Origin: an uncultured Chloroflexia bacterium
GTDB taxonomy: Bacteria > Chloroflexota > Limnocylindria > Limnocylindrales > CSP1-4
Direction: 5' to 3'
NCBI GenBank assembly: GCA_963748625.1
Contig: CAVVJT010000004.1
Coordinates: 1 to 64,000, forward strand
Length of the DNA stretch: 64,000 nt
Position numbers and translations under genes: made by a program
Part shown: positions 19,993-30,957 of the stretch, one piece after another
Numbering within the stretch: position 1 is the stretch's first letter
How the letters are laid out: each line of letters begins with the position of its first letter
Notes under the pieces: generated by a model
Seen by the model: only the letters and a program-made list of their open reading frames with translations
Databases searched by the model: none
Told to the model about the DNA's origin: nothing

Positions 19993-20222
19993 GCGAGGTC
20001 CCGCGGCAGGTCGCGGTCGAACACGAAGTCCTCGTCAGCACCGACGTCGGGCATGGATGCCAGGGCCTGTTTGAACGACGCCCGGGCGAGATCACCCCGG
20101 AGCGCCTCCCGCAGGATCTCGCGGTGCTCCGCCTCCGCCGACCGGCCATGCCGCGAGGCGCGCCGCTTCAGGGCACGGGCAATGTCGTCATCCACGTTGC
20201 GCACGATCAACTGCCTGACCAT
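19989..20222 (-). CDS. FitA-like ribbon-helix-helix antitoxin
   Basis: QLIVRNVDD....ALKRRA..HGRSAEAEHREIL; overlaps the toxin start; GGAGG RBS. Confidence 0.9.
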   Translation of the reverse strand: MVRQLIVRNVDDDIARALKRRASRHGRSAEAEHREILREALRGDLARASFKQALASMPDVGADEDFVFDRDLPRDLA

Positions 20223-20234
20223 CGCCACCTCCAG

Positions 20235-20251
20235 TGATAGCAATGATAGCA
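20235..20251 (-). promoter_or_regulatory. Putative FitA operator: two direct TGCTATCA octamers
   Basis: Minus strand reads TGCTATCA-T-TGCTATCA immediately before the RBS; same octamer as the Neisseria FitAB half-site. Confidence 0.65.
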
Positions 20252-20293
20252 CCCGCACTGGATTCTTCGCCTGGCCGGACCCCGTCTTGGTTT

Positions 20294-20364
20294 TGGCGCC
20301 CCCGGACGTATTCCAGCCCCCAATACCCACGCAGCGTTCTCAACTGGTACCTCGAGGTCGGGTG
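20294..20364 (+). repeat. att-like junction R3
   Basis: TGGCGCCCCCGGACGtATTCcAgCC extends the match into the tRNA T-arm; TGGTAC at 20345 (+51); tail SVLNWYLEVG*. Confidence 0.75.
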
Positions 20365-20469
20365 AGTGGGCTTCCCGGTCGTCCGACGCCGGACACGGGT
20401 CGTGACCTGTAGCACTTGCCGGCACGTCCCCGCCAATCGATCATGTTCGATCAAGTCGCAGGGAGGACC

Positions 20470-21227
20470 ATGGCGAGGCGAGCGGAGTGGCTGCTGGCGG
20501 CGGGCCTCGTGGCTGGCGCGGCCCTTGTGTGGCTCGCCCAGTACCTGGGTGAGGCAGTCGGCCCCCTGGCCTGGCTCGGTGGTGGCCTGCTCCTCTTCGT
20601 CTCGATGCTCGGGCTCCTGCTGCTCGGGGCCATCGACCATCACGGGACGCATCTACCGGCGCTGGACGTGGCGGCCCACGCAGTCTCTGGCCGTGGGGCA
20701 GGCCGAGTACGGGCGACAGCTCGCGACCTCCAGGACCGAGCGGACCCTGAAGACGCCGGGTGGACCTGGCACCTCGTGGGTCACCTCCCTGGCTCATCCG
20801 CAAGGGACGGCTCGTTCCATGCTCCACCCTCGAGGTCACCTTCACCGTGGGGTCCGACCTTGGCCGCACGGCGCAGGCGGTGATGTCCGCCCTGGTCTCT
20901 CCTGGCTGGGAGGCCGCCGCTACCGACACGGTGGTCGACAACATGGGCGAGGCCGTGCATGTGACACGCGCCCCGGCGGGGCCGGTCGATCCTGACGCCA
21001 CGTACCTCGGCCAGGAGGCCGTCGGCGGCCTGACCCGGAGTCCCCGTGTGATCGTGCGCGCGTCGCTCCGAAAGGCGGGGCCGGCATCGACCGCGATCAC
21101 CCTGTCGGGCGCCTGCAGCACCTCGATGTGGGGCGAGAAGCGGGCAGCCGTGCACCTCGCGGACGCGCTCAACATGCTGATCGACCGCACCTTGGCGCTG
21201 GTGGGTGTGCAAGCGCCAGCACGCTGA
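20470..21227 (+). pseudogene. Membrane-anchored hypothetical protein with two +1 frameshifts
   Basis: GGGAGG RBS and two TM helices. Removing one base near 20636 and one near 20758 joins three ORF pieces into one frame ending at 21227. Confidence 0.55.
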
Positions 21228-21234
21228 GGGGTAC

Positions 21235-21323
21235 TGGCGCCCCCGGACGGACGCCGGGGCCCGCGAAGCAAAGCCGACGACGCGCTGACTTGGTACGCCG
21301 CAGATGTTCGTCAGCCGGTGTGA
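21235..21323 (+). repeat. att-like junction R4
   Basis: Perfect 17-nt core followed by CGCCGGGGCCCGCGAAGCAAA; TGGTACGCC at 21291 (+56). Confidence 0.9.
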
Positions 21324-21450
21324 ATCCGCAAGGCCCCGCTGCGAGATGGCCGGCAATCGGGTCGACTGGCACGATCGCCTGCCTGCCCGGGGCCGCGCCT
21401 CCAGTGTCAGCGACTGCCAAGTTCGGCTCGGTCTCGACCACGGCCGCGGA

Positions 21451-22308
21451 TCACACGGCAGGATCGGCGAAGACCGGCTCCCGCTCCTCGACGAAGGCGC
21501 GGATGCCTTCCATCCGGTCGGGATGGACGACCGAGCGCCAGTGCTCCTCCATCATGATCGCGACCGCCTGCTCGACGGGCTCGCCCTGGCCCAGCTGCAC
21601 CGCCCGCTTCACTGCCTGCACCGCGGTCGGCGAGTTGCTGGCGATCTGCTCGGCGATCCGCAGCGCGGCATCCATGAGCTCGGCTCTCGGGTGGATCTCG
21701 TTGACCATGCCCAGCCGGTACGCCTCCTGGGCACTGATGGGCTGACCCGTCATCAGCATCTGCATCGCCTTGCCGGGCGGCAGGAAGCGGGGCAGGAAGA
21801 CCGGCGAACCGCCGCCCGCCGACAGCCCGACCATCGCCTCGGGCTGGCCGAACACGGCGTCGTCGCTGGCGATGATGAAGTCGGTGCTGATCGCCATCTC
21901 GCAGCCGCCACCGTAGGCCATCCCGTGCACGGCGGTGAAGATCGGCCGGCGCGACTGGCGCAGCTCGAACAGCACGCGGTCGAACACCTGGCGCTGGCGG
22001 AGCCACTGCTCCTGGGTCATCGACCTGCGCTCGTACAGGTCGCCGCCGACGGAGAAGGCCTCGTCGCCCGCGCTCGTGAGGATGGCCACGCGAACCGAGG
22101 CGCGAGCGCTGATCGTCTCGAGGATCTCGATGAGCTGCGCTGCGAGGGCCGTCGTGACGGCGTTGAGGGCATGGGGCCGGTTGAGGGTGATGACCGCGAT
22201 CCGACCCTCGGAGACGTACTCCACGAGCACGAGCTGCTCGGGCTCCGGGACCGCGTCGGGTGCGCGGTAGCCAAGCTGCTGCATCCGGGTGCCGGTGGAC
22301 GTTGCCAT
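21451..22308 (-). CDS. Enoyl-CoA hydratase/isomerase
   Basis: ITLNRPHALNA, AFSVGGDL, YGGGCEMA, FGQPEAMVGL. Confidence 0.93.
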   Translation of the reverse strand: MATSTGTRMQQLGYRAPDAVPEPEQLVLVEYVSEGRIAVITLNRPHALNAVTTALAAQLIEILETISARASVRVAILTSAGDEAFSVGGDLYERRSMTQEQWLRQRQVFDRVLFELRQSRRPIFTAVHGMAYGGGCEMAISTDFIIASDDAVFGQPEAMVGLSAGGGSPVFLPRFLPPGKAMQMLMTGQPISAQEAYRLGMVNEIHPRAELMDAALRIAEQIASNSPTAVQAVKRAVQLGQGEPVEQAVAIMMEEHWRSVVHPDRMEGIRAFVEEREPVFADPAV

Positions 22309-22591
22309 CGCGAAAGCGCCTCCGTGGGCTGGCGGCCGGAACGGCGTCCCGGGATCTGCGTCGAGCAGACCATGCCGGCAGGGTCCCGGCATCGCCTGAT
22401 TCGGTCGGAGTTGGCTTTCGCGTCGCCTGGCGCCGCGGGGCCCGCAGTCTCGCGGCCGTCGCCTGCGTACGGCTGCCTCGACAAGCTCGGTTTCCGGCAC
22501 GTGCCCACGTGCCGGGCAGGAACTGGCGCTCCCGGACGGGCGCGAGCACAAGGCGGTGGATCGGCTCGCCTGGTCGCGTCGACGTGAACGA

Positions 22592-23257
22592 CTACGTCGT
22601 CCGTCGGCTGGTGTCCTGACATTCGTCCCGGAGTAGCGCCCCGCGGACCATCCGTCGCGTCACGTCCGTCACGACCGAAGCGTCGGGCCGCTCTCCGCGT
22701 GCGCGGTGGCCGGCGGCATGAAGCAGGTCGAACAGCAGATCCGCGGCCACTGCGATGTCCGCCGCCTCCAGCGCGCCCGATTCGACGCCCGCCCGGAGTA
22801 CCGTTCGCAATCGCTCCCGGAGACGGTCCACCACAACCTCCTCACCCCTGCCAGCGCCGTGGGCGTGCGGCTGGTGGGCAAGGATCTCGTGGATCGACCA
22901 GTGTGCGGCGAGGAAGGCGAGCGTTCCGTCGACAAGGGCATCGAGCGCGTCCGGCCAGTCGTCTACCTCGGAGGGTATGGGGAGCGCGGCGAGTTGCGTC
23001 GCCGCAGCCTCCGCAAGCCGGACCCGAAGGGCATCGAGCAGGTCGTCGCGGGACGAGAAGTGGACGTAGAACGTGCCCTTGGCAACTCCCGCCCGATTGG
23101 TGATGTCCGCCACGGACACGGCGTCGATCCCCGACTCGACGAACGCTGCCTCGGCGGCGTCCAGAAGCTCGGCCCGCCGTACATCCGAAGGCTTGATGAC
23201 CCGTCGCGGGCGCGTCGGGGCACTGACGGCAGGTCGCTGATCCGTCTCGTCGTCCAT
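22592..23257 (-). CDS. TetR/AcrR family regulator
   Basis: RRAELLDAA...F...G....SVADIT.RAGVAKGTFYVHF. Confidence 0.92.
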   Translation of the reverse strand: MDDETDQRPAVSAPTRPRRVIKPSDVRRAELLDAAEAAFVESGIDAVSVADITNRAGVAKGTFYVHFSSRDDLLDALRVRLAEAAATQLAALPIPSEVDDWPDALDALVDGTLAFLAAHWSIHEILAHQPHAHGAGRGEEVVVDRLRERLRTVLRAGVESGALEAADIAVAADLLFDLLHAAGHRARGERPDASVVTDVTRRMVRGALLRDECQDTSRRTT

Positions 23258-23283
23258 GTCGTGAGTATCCGCCGTTGTGGAAG

Positions 23284-23315
23284 TGACCGCCAGTCAGTAG
23301 AATGACCATCGGTCA
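23284..23315. promoter_or_regulatory. Tandem TGAC-N5-GTCA palindromes (putative TetR operators)
   Basis: TGACCGCCAGTCA (23284-23296) and TGACCATCGGTCA (23303-23315) between the divergent tetR and membrane genes. Confidence 0.65.
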
Positions 23316-23339
23316 CTCGCTTGATGCGAGGCCATTCAT

Positions 23340-23897
23340 GTGACTGGAGGCCCGCTCGTGATTGGCACCGTGATTGCGGTCTCAGCCCTTGCGACCTATG
23401 CAACCGCCGTCGCGCTGGGAACGCTGCTGGCAGGCCGGCTCGTGCTGCCACCCGGACGGCGCAGGCTGTTCCGGCTGCACCGAGCGGTCGCCGTGGTCGC
23501 GGTGATCCTGGCCGGAGCCCACGTCATGACAGTCACGCTCGGCGCCTCCAGACTCGGCGGCGGCGGCTGGACCGGCGTGGGGCTCGGCATCACGGCCCTT
23601 GCGGGGGTCGTGCTCGCGGCGGCGAGTTGGACGCTCCGGGGGCGCCTCGGACGCGCGGGGCCCGGAGGCGGATCGAGTCTTCGGCCTCCCTGGCGGCGCG
23701 TGCATGTCCTCGCGGATGCCGGCCTCGCGGTCGCGCTTGTGCACGCGGTGGTCGCCCACCCGCCCGGCATGCCGCACCCGGAGGCAGTTGCCTATGCCGT
23801 CGGCGCTGGCATCGTCGGCTGGCTGATCCTGCGTCGGGTACGTGCCGGAACGGCCGGTCGCCGTGGGAGTGCAACCGGGCCAGCGTCAGCGGCTTGA
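23340..23897 (+). CDS. Membrane protein, ferric-reductase-like TM domain
   Basis: About 5 TM helices with paired His (RLHR...AH; RRVH...VH). Confidence 0.55.
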   Translation: MTGGPLVIGTVIAVSALATYATAVALGTLLAGRLVLPPGRRRLFRLHRAVAVVAVILAGAHVMTVTLGASRLGGGGWTGVGLGITALAGVVLAAASWTLRGRLGRAGPGGGSSLRPPWRRVHVLADAGLAVALVHAVVAHPPGMPHPEAVAYAVGAGIVGWLILRRVRAGTAGRRGSATGPASAA

Positions 23898-24131
23898 GGG
23901 CCAAGGCTGCGATGCTCGCGGGTGAGCGTCTCGAGCTCGCGGCTGAACCGGCTCGCTCAAGGCCCCGCGAGCGGTGGCAGCGCGTCGTCCTCGCGCGGCG
24001 CGCTCCGTCTGTGCTCGCCCACGCAGCGCACCCGAGATTGAGCACCCTGGATCGACACCGTTGGCGCTGTTTGCCCAGGCTGTGCCCTTGACACGGCCGA
24101 AATGCGGACCAAGGTCACGAGTCTGGGTTGC

Positions 24132-24196
24132 TGGCGCCCCCGGACGGACGCCGGGGCCCGCGAAGCAAACCGTTTGACGCCCTGTCGTGGTACGCG
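24132..24196 (+). repeat. att-like junction R5
   Basis: Perfect core and the same tail start as R4; TGGTACGCG at 24188 (+56). Confidence 0.9.
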
Positions 24197-24321
24197 ACCA
24201 ATGATGGGGTGGCGTTCGTCGGATTGCACTGAAACGTTGGCGGGTGATGTGGCGGGCGACCAGCTTCCTCGCCGCGGATTCGTGTCACGTCGCCGTTGAC
24301 CCTCGGACGGAAGGCGCCGAG

Positions 24322-25230
24322 TCAGCCCCGGCCGGCACCGGCCTGGAGGGCTTCGACGAGGGCCAGCGCGACGGCGGGACGCAGCACGGCCATGTGACTG
24401 ACCACGCCATCGGCCAGGAGCGCGGCGAATCTGCGTCCGCGGCTGGTGAGCACGATCGAGACGGCGCGCCGGTCCCCGCCCACGGGTCCGAGAACCCGCG
24501 TGATGAGCCCGGCCTGCTCGACGCGGTCGAGCAGCTTTGTCGTCCCGCCCGTCGTCATGCCCGTCGCGCGGCGGAGCTGACCGGGACGCATCGGCCCGTG
24601 GAGGTAGAGCTGGGCGACGACGATCGACGAGAGGTTGTCCACCAGCTCGCCGTCGGCCTCGCCGCGGAAGATCGTCAGCAGTTGGTGGCCCAGCCTCGCC
24701 ATCGCGAGCTGGTAGCGCATCGCGGCCTCCAGGGGGTCGCCGCAAGCTGCGTCCGGGAGCGCTCGGGGGCCCACCTCCTCCGCTTCGTCCACGAGGCCGA
24801 GCATCCGCGTGAGGCCCGCGACGATGGCGTCGCGCGTGTCGATCACCCCCTGCGCGTGCTGGTGCGCGGCGGCGCGCCCGGCATCGGTCAGGATGATCGA
24901 TGTGGCGCGCCGGTCGCCGTCCACGGGCCCCGCCACACGTGAGACGAGCCCGGCCGCCTCCAGGCGCTCGAGGAGGGCGGACAGGCCGCCTGCCGTGAGG
25001 CCGGTCTCGAGCCGGAGCTGCGTCGGCCGCAGGGGGCCGCGGATGCGGAGGTTCAGCAGGGCCACGACGGTCGTGTTGGCGAGGAGCTCGGGATCGTTGC
25101 CGACGTCGAGCCACCACCGCGTCACCGCTTCGGCGATGCCGGCGAACTCGAACACGAGCGCAAGGGCGGCGGCGTGCGCAGGGGCGATCGGCGCCGGGCG
25201 GTCGGCGTGTTCGGGGCGGCTCGCGGTCAT
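24322..25230 (-). CDS. Tandem double-MarR regulator
   Basis: Two copies of GP(L/M)RP.QL...TG.T.GG...LL.R.E.AGL..RV.GPV.GDRRA..I.LT..GR. Confidence 0.85.
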   Translation of the reverse strand: MTASRPEHADRPAPIAPAHAAALALVFEFAGIAEAVTRWWLDVGNDPELLANTTVVALLNLRIRGPLRPTQLRLETGLTAGGLSALLERLEAAGLVSRVAGPVDGDRRATSIILTDAGRAAAHQHAQGVIDTRDAIVAGLTRMLGLVDEAEEVGPRALPDAACGDPLEAAMRYQLAMARLGHQLLTIFRGEADGELVDNLSSIVVAQLYLHGPMRPGQLRRATGMTTGGTTKLLDRVEQAGLITRVLGPVGGDRRAVSIVLTSRGRRFAALLADGVVSHMAVLRPAVALALVEALQAGAGRG

Positions 25231-25259
25231 GGCATGGTCGAATGTACCGCGCGCGGGGC

Positions 25260-25478
25260 TCAGTCCTTGGAGCCGGTCGCTCCCTTGATGGAGTCGCTGA
25301 TGTCCGCGAGTGCGTGCTGGGCATCGCCGACGGTCTTCTGCACCTTGCCAGTGAGCTGGTCGACCTGGCCCTCGGACTTGAGGCTCGAGTCGCCCGTGAG
25401 GTCGCCGACGCCTTCCTTGACCTTGCCCTTGACCTGGTTGAGGCTGCCCTCGAGCTGCTTGTCGTTCATGGTGCCCAT
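25260..25478 (-). CDS. CsbD family protein
   Basis: QVKGKVKEGVGDLTGD..LKSEGQVDQ..GKVQ. Confidence 0.9.
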   Translation of the reverse strand: MGTMNDKQLEGSLNQVKGKVKEGVGDLTGDSSLKSEGQVDQLTGKVQKTVGDAQHALADISDSIKGATGSKD

Positions 25479-25488
25479 CCTCTGCTGA

Positions 25489-27777
25489 CTACTTGAGGTC
25501 GATCACGATCTTGCTGAGCGCGCCCGTGAACTTGTAGGGCACGTCGTAGGACATGTCCACCGGCGTTCCCGTGTCCTCGCCGACGTCCAGCGTTTCCTCC
25601 GTGGAGAAGCGGAACGGGATCGTCCGCTCCACGCGCACGCTTGTGACCTCGACGTCGTCCACGAGGACCGACGCCGTGCCGCCCTTGCCCACGCCCCCGC
25701 CGTCGTAGGCGAAGTCCATGACGACCGAATGCCTGCCGGCGGGCACGGGATCGGCTGCGACACCGCGGTAGTTCGAGCCGTTGGCATGGGTGTAGCTGAA
25801 GACCGGCCTGCCGTCCTCGAAGTAGAGCGCCCAGCCGCCGAACAGGCCGCCCTGCGTCGCGATGACGCCGGACTCGCCGCCCGCGACGGTGACGTCGGCG
25901 GTGAGCGACCAAGAGCGGTTCTTGATGTTGGGCGCGGCGCCCTCCGGGATCCGCTTCAGGCCCGCCGTGTAGGTGAAGGAGGCGCGGTCGCCGGTCAGGT
26001 TGGGCCGGATCCCGTCGCCGAACCGCTCGGCGGCGGACGTGTCGATCGGCAGCACGTTGAACTTGGCCGCTTCCGCGTAGAAGCGGACCTGCATCTCGCG
26101 CAGCTTCTCAGGCATCTCCGCGGCGAGGTCATCGGCCTGGGAGAAGTCCTCGTCGATGTTGTAGAGCTCCCACTTCGTGGTCAGCACGTCCATGGCGGTG
26201 CCGACGCCGCTCCACGGCAGGCGCACGGGCGTCGTCGAGGCGAACCAGCCGTCGTGGTAGACCCCGGAGTTGCCGAAGATCTCGAAGTACTGCGTGTGCC
26301 GCCGCCCCTTGGCCTCGCCGTCGTCGAACGTGTAGGCCAGGCTGACGCCCTCGATGGGGTGCTGGGTCACGCCGTTCACCATGTTCGGCTGCGGCAGCCC
26401 GGCCACCTCGAGGATGGTCGGCACGATGTCGATGACGTGGTGGAACTGGGAGCGGATCTCGCCGCGGGCCTTGATGCCCGCAGGCCAGGACACGACCATG
26501 CCGTTGCGCGTGCCGCCGAAGTGGCTGGCCACCTGCTTGCACCACTGGAACGGCGTGTTCATCGCCCAGGCCCACGCCACCGGGTACAGGTTGGACGACT
26601 TCCAAGTGCCGAAGTCGGCGAGGCGGCTCTCCTTGTAGTCGAGGGTCTCCTCGGTCTGGGCGACGACGTTCATGTCGTTGAAGGAGCCCTTGAGCGAGCC
26701 CTCGCCGGCCGCGCCGTTGTCGCCCACGATGTAGATCACGAGAGTGTTGTCGGTCTGGCCCAGGTCGTCGACGGCGTCCAGCACCCGGCCGAGGTTGTAG
26801 TCGGCCTGCGCGAGGTGCGCGGCTGCGAGCTCCATCATGGCCGCGTAGACCTTCTGCTCGCGCGGGCTGGCCTCGTCCCAGGCGGGGATCTCCTTGGGCC
26901 TCGGTGTCAGGTTGGCATCAGGCGGGATGACGCCCAGCTCCTTCTGGCGCGCGAAGGTCTCCTCGCGCACCCTGTCCCAGCCCTGGTCGAACTGGCCCTT
27001 GAACTTCGCAATCCACTCGGGCGTGGCCTGCTGCGGCGCATGGCCGGCGGCCGTGGCGTAGTAGACGAAGAACGGCTTGTCCGGGGCCATCGTCTTCTGC
27101 ATCGTCATCCAGCCGATGGCCTGGTCGGCGAGGTCGAAGTCGAGGTTGTACTCGGGCTTGCCGAGGTAGGGCTCGATCGGCGTCGTGCCGTCGTAGAGGG
27201 CCGGCCGCCAGTTGTTGGCGACGCCGCCGAGGAAGCCGTAGAACTTCTCGAAGCCCTGGCTGGTCGGCCAGCGGTCGAAAGGCCCGGCCTGGCTGGACTC
27301 CCAGTCGGGCACGTTGTGGTCCTTGCCGAACCACGCGGTGTTGTAGCCGTTGTGCTTGAGGATCTCGGCGACCGTGACCATGTCGTGGCCGAGCACCGAG
27401 TCGTAGCCCGGATAACCCGTCGCCATCTCCATGACCGCGCCCGTGTGGGCCGTGTGGTGGTTGCGTCCCGTAAGCAGGGCCGCGCGGGTCGGGCTGCACA
27501 CCGCCGTGGTGTGGAAGCGGTCGTAGCGGACCCCGGCGTCCGCGAGGCGCTGGAGGGTCGGCGTCTCGATCGGCCCGCCGAAGGGCGTCGCCGCTCCATA
27601 GCCCACGTCGTCGAGCAGGATGAGCACGACGTTCGGTGCCCCGTCCGGCGCCGCCACCGCGGCCGGGAAGGACGGCGTGGACTCGCTCGCCCGCAGCCCG
27701 ATGGTGCCCCCGAACGGCGCCGGTGGGATCGGCAGGACCGAGCGATCGACGTGCGGGGTTGCGTGCGTTGCGCTCAT
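25489..27777 (-). CDS. Arylsulfatase (Cys-type, formylglycine dependent)
   Basis: PNVVLILLDDVG, CSPTRAALLTGR (CxPxR), FGKDH, GDNG; C-terminal LamG-like domain. Confidence 0.95.
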   Translation of the reverse strand: MSATHATPHVDRSVLPIPPAPFGGTIGLRASESTPSFPAAVAAPDGAPNVVLILLDDVGYGAATPFGGPIETPTLQRLADAGVRYDRFHTTAVCSPTRAALLTGRNHHTAHTGAVMEMATGYPGYDSVLGHDMVTVAEILKHNGYNTAWFGKDHNVPDWESSQAGPFDRWPTSQGFEKFYGFLGGVANNWRPALYDGTTPIEPYLGKPEYNLDFDLADQAIGWMTMQKTMAPDKPFFVYYATAAGHAPQQATPEWIAKFKGQFDQGWDRVREETFARQKELGVIPPDANLTPRPKEIPAWDEASPREQKVYAAMMELAAAHLAQADYNLGRVLDAVDDLGQTDNTLVIYIVGDNGAAGEGSLKGSFNDMNVVAQTEETLDYKESRLADFGTWKSSNLYPVAWAWAMNTPFQWCKQVASHFGGTRNGMVVSWPAGIKARGEIRSQFHHVIDIVPTILEVAGLPQPNMVNGVTQHPIEGVSLAYTFDDGEAKGRRHTQYFEIFGNSGVYHDGWFASTTPVRLPWSGVGTAMDVLTTKWELYNIDEDFSQADDLAAEMPEKLREMQVRFYAEAAKFNVLPIDTSAAERFGDGIRPNLTGDRASFTYTAGLKRIPEGAAPNIKNRSWSLTADVTVAGGESGVIATQGGLFGGWALYFEDGRPVFSYTHANGSNYRGVAADPVPAGRHSVVMDFAYDGGGVGKGGTASVLVDDVEVTSVRVERTIPFRFSTEETLDVGEDTGTPVDMSYDVPYKFTGALSKIVIDLK

Positions 27778-27905
27778 GCGGGGGCTCCCTCGAGGAACGG
27801 GTCGGCTGCCGGCCAGGGCGGATTTGCGCGCACCGTTCTGCGCGAGCAGACAAGGACCGGCCGCCGCGAGCCGTTCGCCGCGACCGGTCCGCGCTGCGTG
27901 GCGAA

Positions 27906-28397
27906 TCAGCTCTGGCTGATGGCCTCGTCGATGTCGGCCTCGACCTCCGCGGGGACCTCGTGGCTCTCGGCGGCGCCGCCGAGCTCGGTCAGCTTGGCCG
28001 AGACGTCGGCCGCCTTGAGGTCGCCCACCAGGACGCCCACCGCCGCCTTGCCGCCCGCGAGCTCGCCCGAGATCCGCTCGCGGTCCTCGGTCTTGAGTCC
28101 CAGGCCCTTGCCGGAGATTGCGCCCAGGACGCCGCCCGCGATCGGCAGGAAGAGCGGGCCGCCGATGAGCGTGCCGAAGAGCACGGTGATCACGATGCCC
28201 GCGCCGGCGCCCTTCGCGGCGGTCGCGACGCGACCCGGCACGGAGCTCTTGAGCTTGCCCTTCTCGTCCACCGTGAGGACCGCGACCGTGTCGAGCGTGA
28301 TGGACTTCTCGGCCTTGTCCCAGGCCTCGAGCGAGGCTGCGGCCGCCTCTGCGGCGGCCTCGTCGGCGAACAGCGCCAGGATGACTTGCTTTGCCAT
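27906..28397 (-). CDS. DUF1269 domain protein
   Basis: VAVLTVDEKGKLK...KGAGAG..., glycine-rich hairpin, EL..GKAAVGVLV. Confidence 0.7.
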   Translation of the reverse strand: MAKQVILALFADEAAAEAAAASLEAWDKAEKSITLDTVAVLTVDEKGKLKSSVPGRVATAAKGAGAGIVITVLFGTLIGGPLFLPIAGGVLGAISGKGLGLKTEDRERISGELAGGKAAVGVLVGDLKAADVSAKLTELGGAAESHEVPAEVEADIDEAISQS

Positions 28398-28654
28398 GTG
28401 GTGGCGAACCCCTCGGTGCCGCCGATCGGGGCCCGGCGGCCTTGGCCTTGGTGTGACGGTGGCGGCTGCCTGCCGCGGCGAACCGCGAGCGTAGAGCCCG
28501 GACTGGCGGTGCGCAAGTCGCTTCCGCGCAGGTATTGTTCGGCCGACAGGGGCCCACGGATGGGTGGGCCGCCGATGCTCCCCGTCCGCCGCCAACGAGG
28601 AAGACCGCGTGCCCACCGCCCACCTCGCGCCGCCCGCACGACGCGGAGGCCACC

Positions 28655-29397
<743 letters not shown>

Positions 29398-29422
<25 letters not shown>

Positions 29423-30957
29423 GGCTCGCCTCCCAGCTCCGGGCCCTCGGGTCCGGCGGGACGGCAGCCCGCGTCGGCTTCATCGCCACATGGCTGGTCG
29501 CGCTTGCCCTGGGCATCGGCGCAGGCCGGGCGTTCGGGGCACTCGGCGTCAAGGGCACGGCGGGCGCGGACCTCCTGACCGTCCTCATCCCCACCCTGAT
29601 CCTCCTCGGCTGGGCGACGGTGCCCGTGTTCCTGCCCGCGGCTGCGGACCAGGTGGCCGACCCGGCGCGCCTGGAGCAGTTCCCGATCAGCGCGCAGGAC
29701 CAGGTCCTCGGCATCCTGCTCGGCGGCCTCATCGCGCCCACGGCCATGTTCACGTTCCTCCTCGCATCGGGTGGAACGCTCCTCGACGGGGCGACCCTCG
29801 GCGTGCGTCTCGTCACTGTGGCCGGGGCCGCGGTCTTCACGATCCTCTGCGTGACCGCGTCGCGCACCATCCAGGCTGTCCTCGCCGGCGCCGTGAACAC
29901 GCGCCGCGGCAAGGATGTCGTGGTGCTGGCCTCTGCCGGCGTCGCGATCGGGATCTACCTGCTCTCCCAGAGCTTCGACACGATCGTGGCCGCGCTCGAG
30001 ACCGGCGACGTCGGTGGCGTGACGGCCCTGCTCTCGTGGCTCCCGACCGGCGCGGCGGGTGGCGCCCATCTCGCGGCGCGCGATGGAGACTGGGCGGGCG
30101 CGATGGTCCGGCTCGTCATCGTGGGGGCCACCGTGCTCGTGCTCCTCGTCGCCTGGATCGGCGCGATCCGCGGCCGCGTCGACGGGAAGGGCGGTGGCTC
30201 GAGCTCCAAGGCGTCGAAGGCGACGGTGTCCGGCCTGCGGCTCATCACCTCGCCCCTTGGCGCCATCGCCCCGTCGGTGGTCACCGCCACCGCCAGCCAG
30301 CAGCTCCGCTACTTCTTCTTCCGCTCGTCCAAGGCGCTCCAGTCGATGACCATCGGGATCGTCTTCGCCGCGCTCATCGCGCTCGGCCTGCCCGCCGACG
30401 CGTCAGCGATGGCCGGGGCCACGGCCGGGATGCTGCTGGTGACCCTGACCGCGCTCAACATGTTCGCCTTCGACGGCCCCGGCTTCGCCTACCTCGTGCA
30501 GGCGGGTGCGCCCTGGCGGCAGGTCATGGCCGGCAAGGCGCTCGGCTGGCTCGTCGTCCTGCTGGGCGGCGTCACGGCGATCACGGTCGCGGGCGCCGTG
30601 ATCCACGGAACCCTGGGGGAGCTGCCCGCCACGTGGCTGACCGGCATGACCGTCGGGCTGGTAGGCATCGGCCTCGGTGCCATGACGAGCATCCTCGGGC
30701 CGTCGAGCAGCGTCGACTCCGGCGGCAAGCCGGGCGCCGGCTCCAAGATCGCCTTCGGTGTCGGGCTCTTCGTCATGTTCCTGGTCATGGTGGGCGTCGC
30801 ACTGGGCGCGTCGATCCTGGGCGCCGCGCTGGGGCCATTTGCCGTCGGTATCACGCTGTTCGTGATCGCGGCAGGGATCGCGATCGTGCTCGTGCGTCTT
30901 GCGGGAACCATGCTCGAGCGGGACCCCTACAGGATCGACCGGGCGCTCAACGGGTAG
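29398..30957 (+). CDS. ABC-2 type exporter permease
   Basis: More than 10 TM helices; overlaps the ATPase gene. Confidence 0.8.
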
